From Nitrospiraceae bacterium (lineage in GTDB: Bacteria; Nitrospirota; Nitrospiria; Nitrospirales; Nitrospiraceae), in contig JBFWWG010000002.1 in assembly GCA_050246315.1 (NCBI GenBank), forward strand, positions 160,001-224,000: DNA of 64,000 bases. Direction: 5' to 3'. Position numbers and translations under genes: made by a program. The notes beneath the pieces are model-generated. The model did no database searches and was not told the DNA's origin. It saw nothing but the letters and a program-made list of their open reading frames with translations. Shown here one piece after another: positions 61,404-64,000 of this stretch. Position 1 is the stretch's first letter; each line of letters begins with the position of its first letter.

Positions 61404-63440
61404 ATGCATAGCATAGAGGCCCGGCGCTTTGCATCAGGTTGGCGGCTGTTCATTCTCGTCACGCTGGTGCTCTTGGGAGCCTGCCGATCATCTCTGCCGG
61501 AATTGCCCATCATGCCCATCGAGCCTCCGCTGCCGCCCGGGCTCCGCATCGACCCGGCGGTCGCGCGCCTGGCTCGCCAAGTCGTCCCCCTGCTTGAATC
61601 CAACGTCGGCTCGCACAATAAGGCCACGCTCTTGGCGCTGACCGGGGCGCGCACCTTTCCCGCCATCGGGAAGCGTGGCGATGCCCTCGATATTCTGCTG
61701 GACCCCTGGCAAGGCATGACCCAACTGGAATCCTATGGGCTCCTCGTCAGCGCGCTCTCCAAACACGGAGTTGAGGGGTTGGACGACCTGCTGCTGACCT
61801 TGGAGAAGAGCCGAATCAAACCGGACCATGAGATATTGGCGACCAAGCGGCTCGGTGGTAGCGAGAAGGCCGCCGGCGATACGTTGGCCGCGTTGCTCGA
61901 ACAAGTGAAACACCATTGCGAACGCGCCATGCGGCGGCTGTCGACTGAAGACCGCCAGTTTCTCTTTGACCACGCGATGCGGTTTCTCGATGATTTCAGT
62001 CCCCAGTTTACGGATCCTGACAGTCAGACAAAATTTCTGCTCTACAGCAACCGGCGCTTTATCCAACTCATCCAAGAGTATGTGGATTATGATGCGCTGG
62101 TCACAGCCGCCCAACTCGCGACGAAACTGGGAAGCATGGACTTGCTGCGTAACCTCAACGAATCCCTCCGCACAGGCGCTAAGGTCAAGAAACCGCCGGA
62201 GGGCGTGAAGGGGGATGTGCTGCTGGTTCGCGAGACTACGGCCGGCACCATTGTGGTGGGAGGGCCTGGCTCCAACACCTACCAACTCGACGGCCGGATT
62301 GCCTTGATCATCGACCTCGGCGGCGACGACGTCTACCGGGGGGTCATCGCGGCGTCGGGTCATGCGGAACAATCCGTCCATATCGTGATTGATCTGGCAG
62401 GCAACGACGCCTACTCCCCCAGCGTGCCGCTCGGGTTGGCGACAGGACGAGGTGGCATCGGGCTCCTCATCGACAAGTCCGGCAACGACAGTTACGAGTT
62501 ATCCGAAGGGTCTGGAGGAACCGGATTTGCGGGGATCGGCCTCCTGTACGATGAAAACGGAAATGACATCTATACCGGTTCCAAATTCACCCAAGGCGCC
62601 GCGATCGGCGGGTTGGGGCTGCTCCTGGATGTCGAAGGAGACGATCAGTACCAAAGCTTCGGTTATGCGGTCGGCTTCGCTGGACCAGGCGGCATCGGGG
62701 TCGTCGCCGACCTGTCGGGCCACGACAATTACCAATGTGGACACAAATACTCGAGCATATACAATGCCGTCGATGTCCCCGACGGTGATCGCAGCAGTCC
62801 TCTGTATCAGTTCGAATGTTTCGGCGTCGGAGTCGGATCAGGCATCCGCGTCCTCTCCAAGAACCAGGATGATCTGGCCTATGCCCTCGCGGGCGGTCTC
62901 GGAATGTTGCTCGAATTGGAAGGGGACGACCATTACCAGACGGCTAACTTTTCTCAGGGGACCGGTTACTTCTTCGGCACCGGGGTCAAGTTGGATTTAG
63001 GAGGAAACGACGACCACTTGGCCGCCCGTTACGGGATTGCAGCCGGAGCGCATTATGGAGCCGGCCTCTTCATCGACTATCAGGGGGCGGACTACTACGA
63101 CTCGACCGGCCCCCATTACAACGCGGGCGCCGCCTGGGATGCGAGTGTCATGCTCGGAATCGACGCCGGATCGGATGACGACATCTATTCCTTCGAACGT
63201 TCCAACGGTTTGGGAATCAGCCAACACAATGCCTGGAGCGCCTTTATTGAAGAAGGCGGGAAGGATCGTTACCTGGTCCCACGCGGGCTTGGGGTGGCCG
63301 AAGCCGGAAGCGTGGCAACCTTCTTCGATCTGGCAGGCGCCGACTACTATGCCCGCACCTTCCCCGCCGGCAGCGGCAGACGCAACAACCAGGAGACGGT
63401 CTCGGACAGTCCCGGGTCTCTGTTCGTCGATCGCCAGTGA
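61404..63440 (+). CDS. Lipoprotein with ~12 DxxGxDxY repeats
   Basis: Lipobox LGAC; repeats such as LIIDLGGDDVY, LLIDKSGNDSY, LLLDVEGDDQY. Confidence 0.85.
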   Translation: MHSIEARRFASGWRLFILVTLVLLGACRSSLPELPIMPIEPPLPPGLRIDPAVARLARQVVPLLESNVGSHNKATLLALTGARTFPAIGKRGDALDILLDPWQGMTQLESYGLLVSALSKHGVEGLDDLLLTLEKSRIKPDHEILATKRLGGSEKAAGDTLAALLEQVKHHCERAMRRLSTEDRQFLFDHAMRFLDDFSPQFTDPDSQTKFLLYSNRRFIQLIQEYVDYDALVTAAQLATKLGSMDLLRNLNESLRTGAKVKKPPEGVKGDVLLVRETTAGTIVVGGPGSNTYQLDGRIALIIDLGGDDVYRGVIAASGHAEQSVHIVIDLAGNDAYSPSVPLGLATGRGGIGLLIDKSGNDSYELSEGSGGTGFAGIGLLYDENGNDIYTGSKFTQGAAIGGLGLLLDVEGDDQYQSFGYAVGFAGPGGIGVVADLSGHDNYQCGHKYSSIYNAVDVPDGDRSSPLYQFECFGVGVGSGIRVLSKNQDDLAYALAGGLGMLLELEGDDHYQTANFSQGTGYFFGTGVKLDLGGNDDHLAARYGIAAGAHYGAGLFIDYQGADYYDSTGPHYNAGAAWDASVMLGIDAGSDDDIYSFERSNGLGISQHNAWSAFIEEGGKDRYLVPRGLGVAEAGSVATFFDLAGADYYARTFPAGSGRRNNQETVSDSPGSLFVDRQ

Positions 63441-63597
63441 GCGACAGCCCGACCACCCCTGAAAAAGCATGATCTTCCGCCTTCGGCTCCCCGTCTTCCA
63501 CTTCGCTCCGGCCCCGTTTGCTTGACTTCGGCTCGCCCGTGTCTATCTCCAACGAGGAACCGCTACTCGGCGGTCCCGCAGGAGGAGAGGAGAGACC

Positions 63598-64000
63598 ATG
63601 AGTGACGAAACCGATTTCACAACTCTGCCGATCGTACCGGTCAAACGAACCGTCTTGTTCCCCGGGGTCATGATGCCGCTGACGATCGGCCGGTCACGGT
63701 CGATCTCGGCGGTTGAAGCGGCTTCCAAGTCGGAGGACAAGACCCTCCTGGTCGTGGCTCAGCGTCAGCCGGATGTCGAACAGCCGACACAGAATGACCT
63801 GTACACCATCGGAACCAAAGCCATCATCAAGCAGATCGGCCGAACGCCGGACGGTCAACTGCATACACTCGTGCAGGGTGTGGACCGACAGGTCCTGATC
63901 AAGCTCGAAGGGCTGGATCCGTTCTTAGAAGGGCGCGTCCGGCCACTGTCGCTGCCCGGTGAGAGCGGGGCCGAAGCGGACGCACTGCATCGCGCCATCA
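63598..64000 (+). CDS. lon: Lon protease (N-terminal part, runs off window end)
   Basis: LPIVPVKRTVLFPG...DLYTIGT...LVQG Lon N-domain; strong GGAGGAG RBS. Confidence 0.88.
   Translation, partial: MSDETDFTTLPIVPVKRTVLFPGVMMPLTIGRSRSISAVEAASKSEDKTLLVVAQRQPDVEQPTQNDLYTIGTKAIIKQIGRTPDGQLHTLVQGVDRQVLIKLEGLDPFLEGRVRPLSLPGESGAEADALHRAI

Noticed and set aside
1..64000. CRISPR array, rRNA or complete tRNA
   Set aside because: No regularly spaced repeat-spacer run, rRNA-like stretch or full cloverleaf seen by eye.

Overview
GC-rich bacterial chromosomal window; gene content and repeat style suggest a Nitrospira-like (Nitrospirota) host, which is inference only. The left ~26.7 kb looks like an accessory respiration/redox region. 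It holds an E. coli-type nuoA-B-CD-E-F-G operon (cut by the window edge), glutaredoxin-like protein, SOD, USP, a GAF-PAS-PAS kinase/NarL-type regulator pair, zwf and DUF488. It also holds a cytoplasmic narGHJI operon with a sigma54-like promoter, a frameshifted IS256 remnant, and a TIR-TM plus YukJ(DUF2278)-LTD pair. The best candidate for a new system is the gene right after narI: a sulfide:quinone oxidoreductase homologue that has lost all three catalytic cysteines and gained a C-terminal ribbon-helix-helix-like domain. The right part is mostly core: trp operon, MoxR + unknown partner + ligA, CNNM, rlpA, nrdJ with tandem NrdR boxes, ampG, mtaB-miaB, exonuclease-mutT-mutY-Nudix, a DxxGxDxY-repeat lipoprotein and partial lon. 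Several MITE-like or structured intergenic repeats are present. No CRISPR, rRNA or tRNA was found. All family assignments come from reading motifs by eye; no searches were run.
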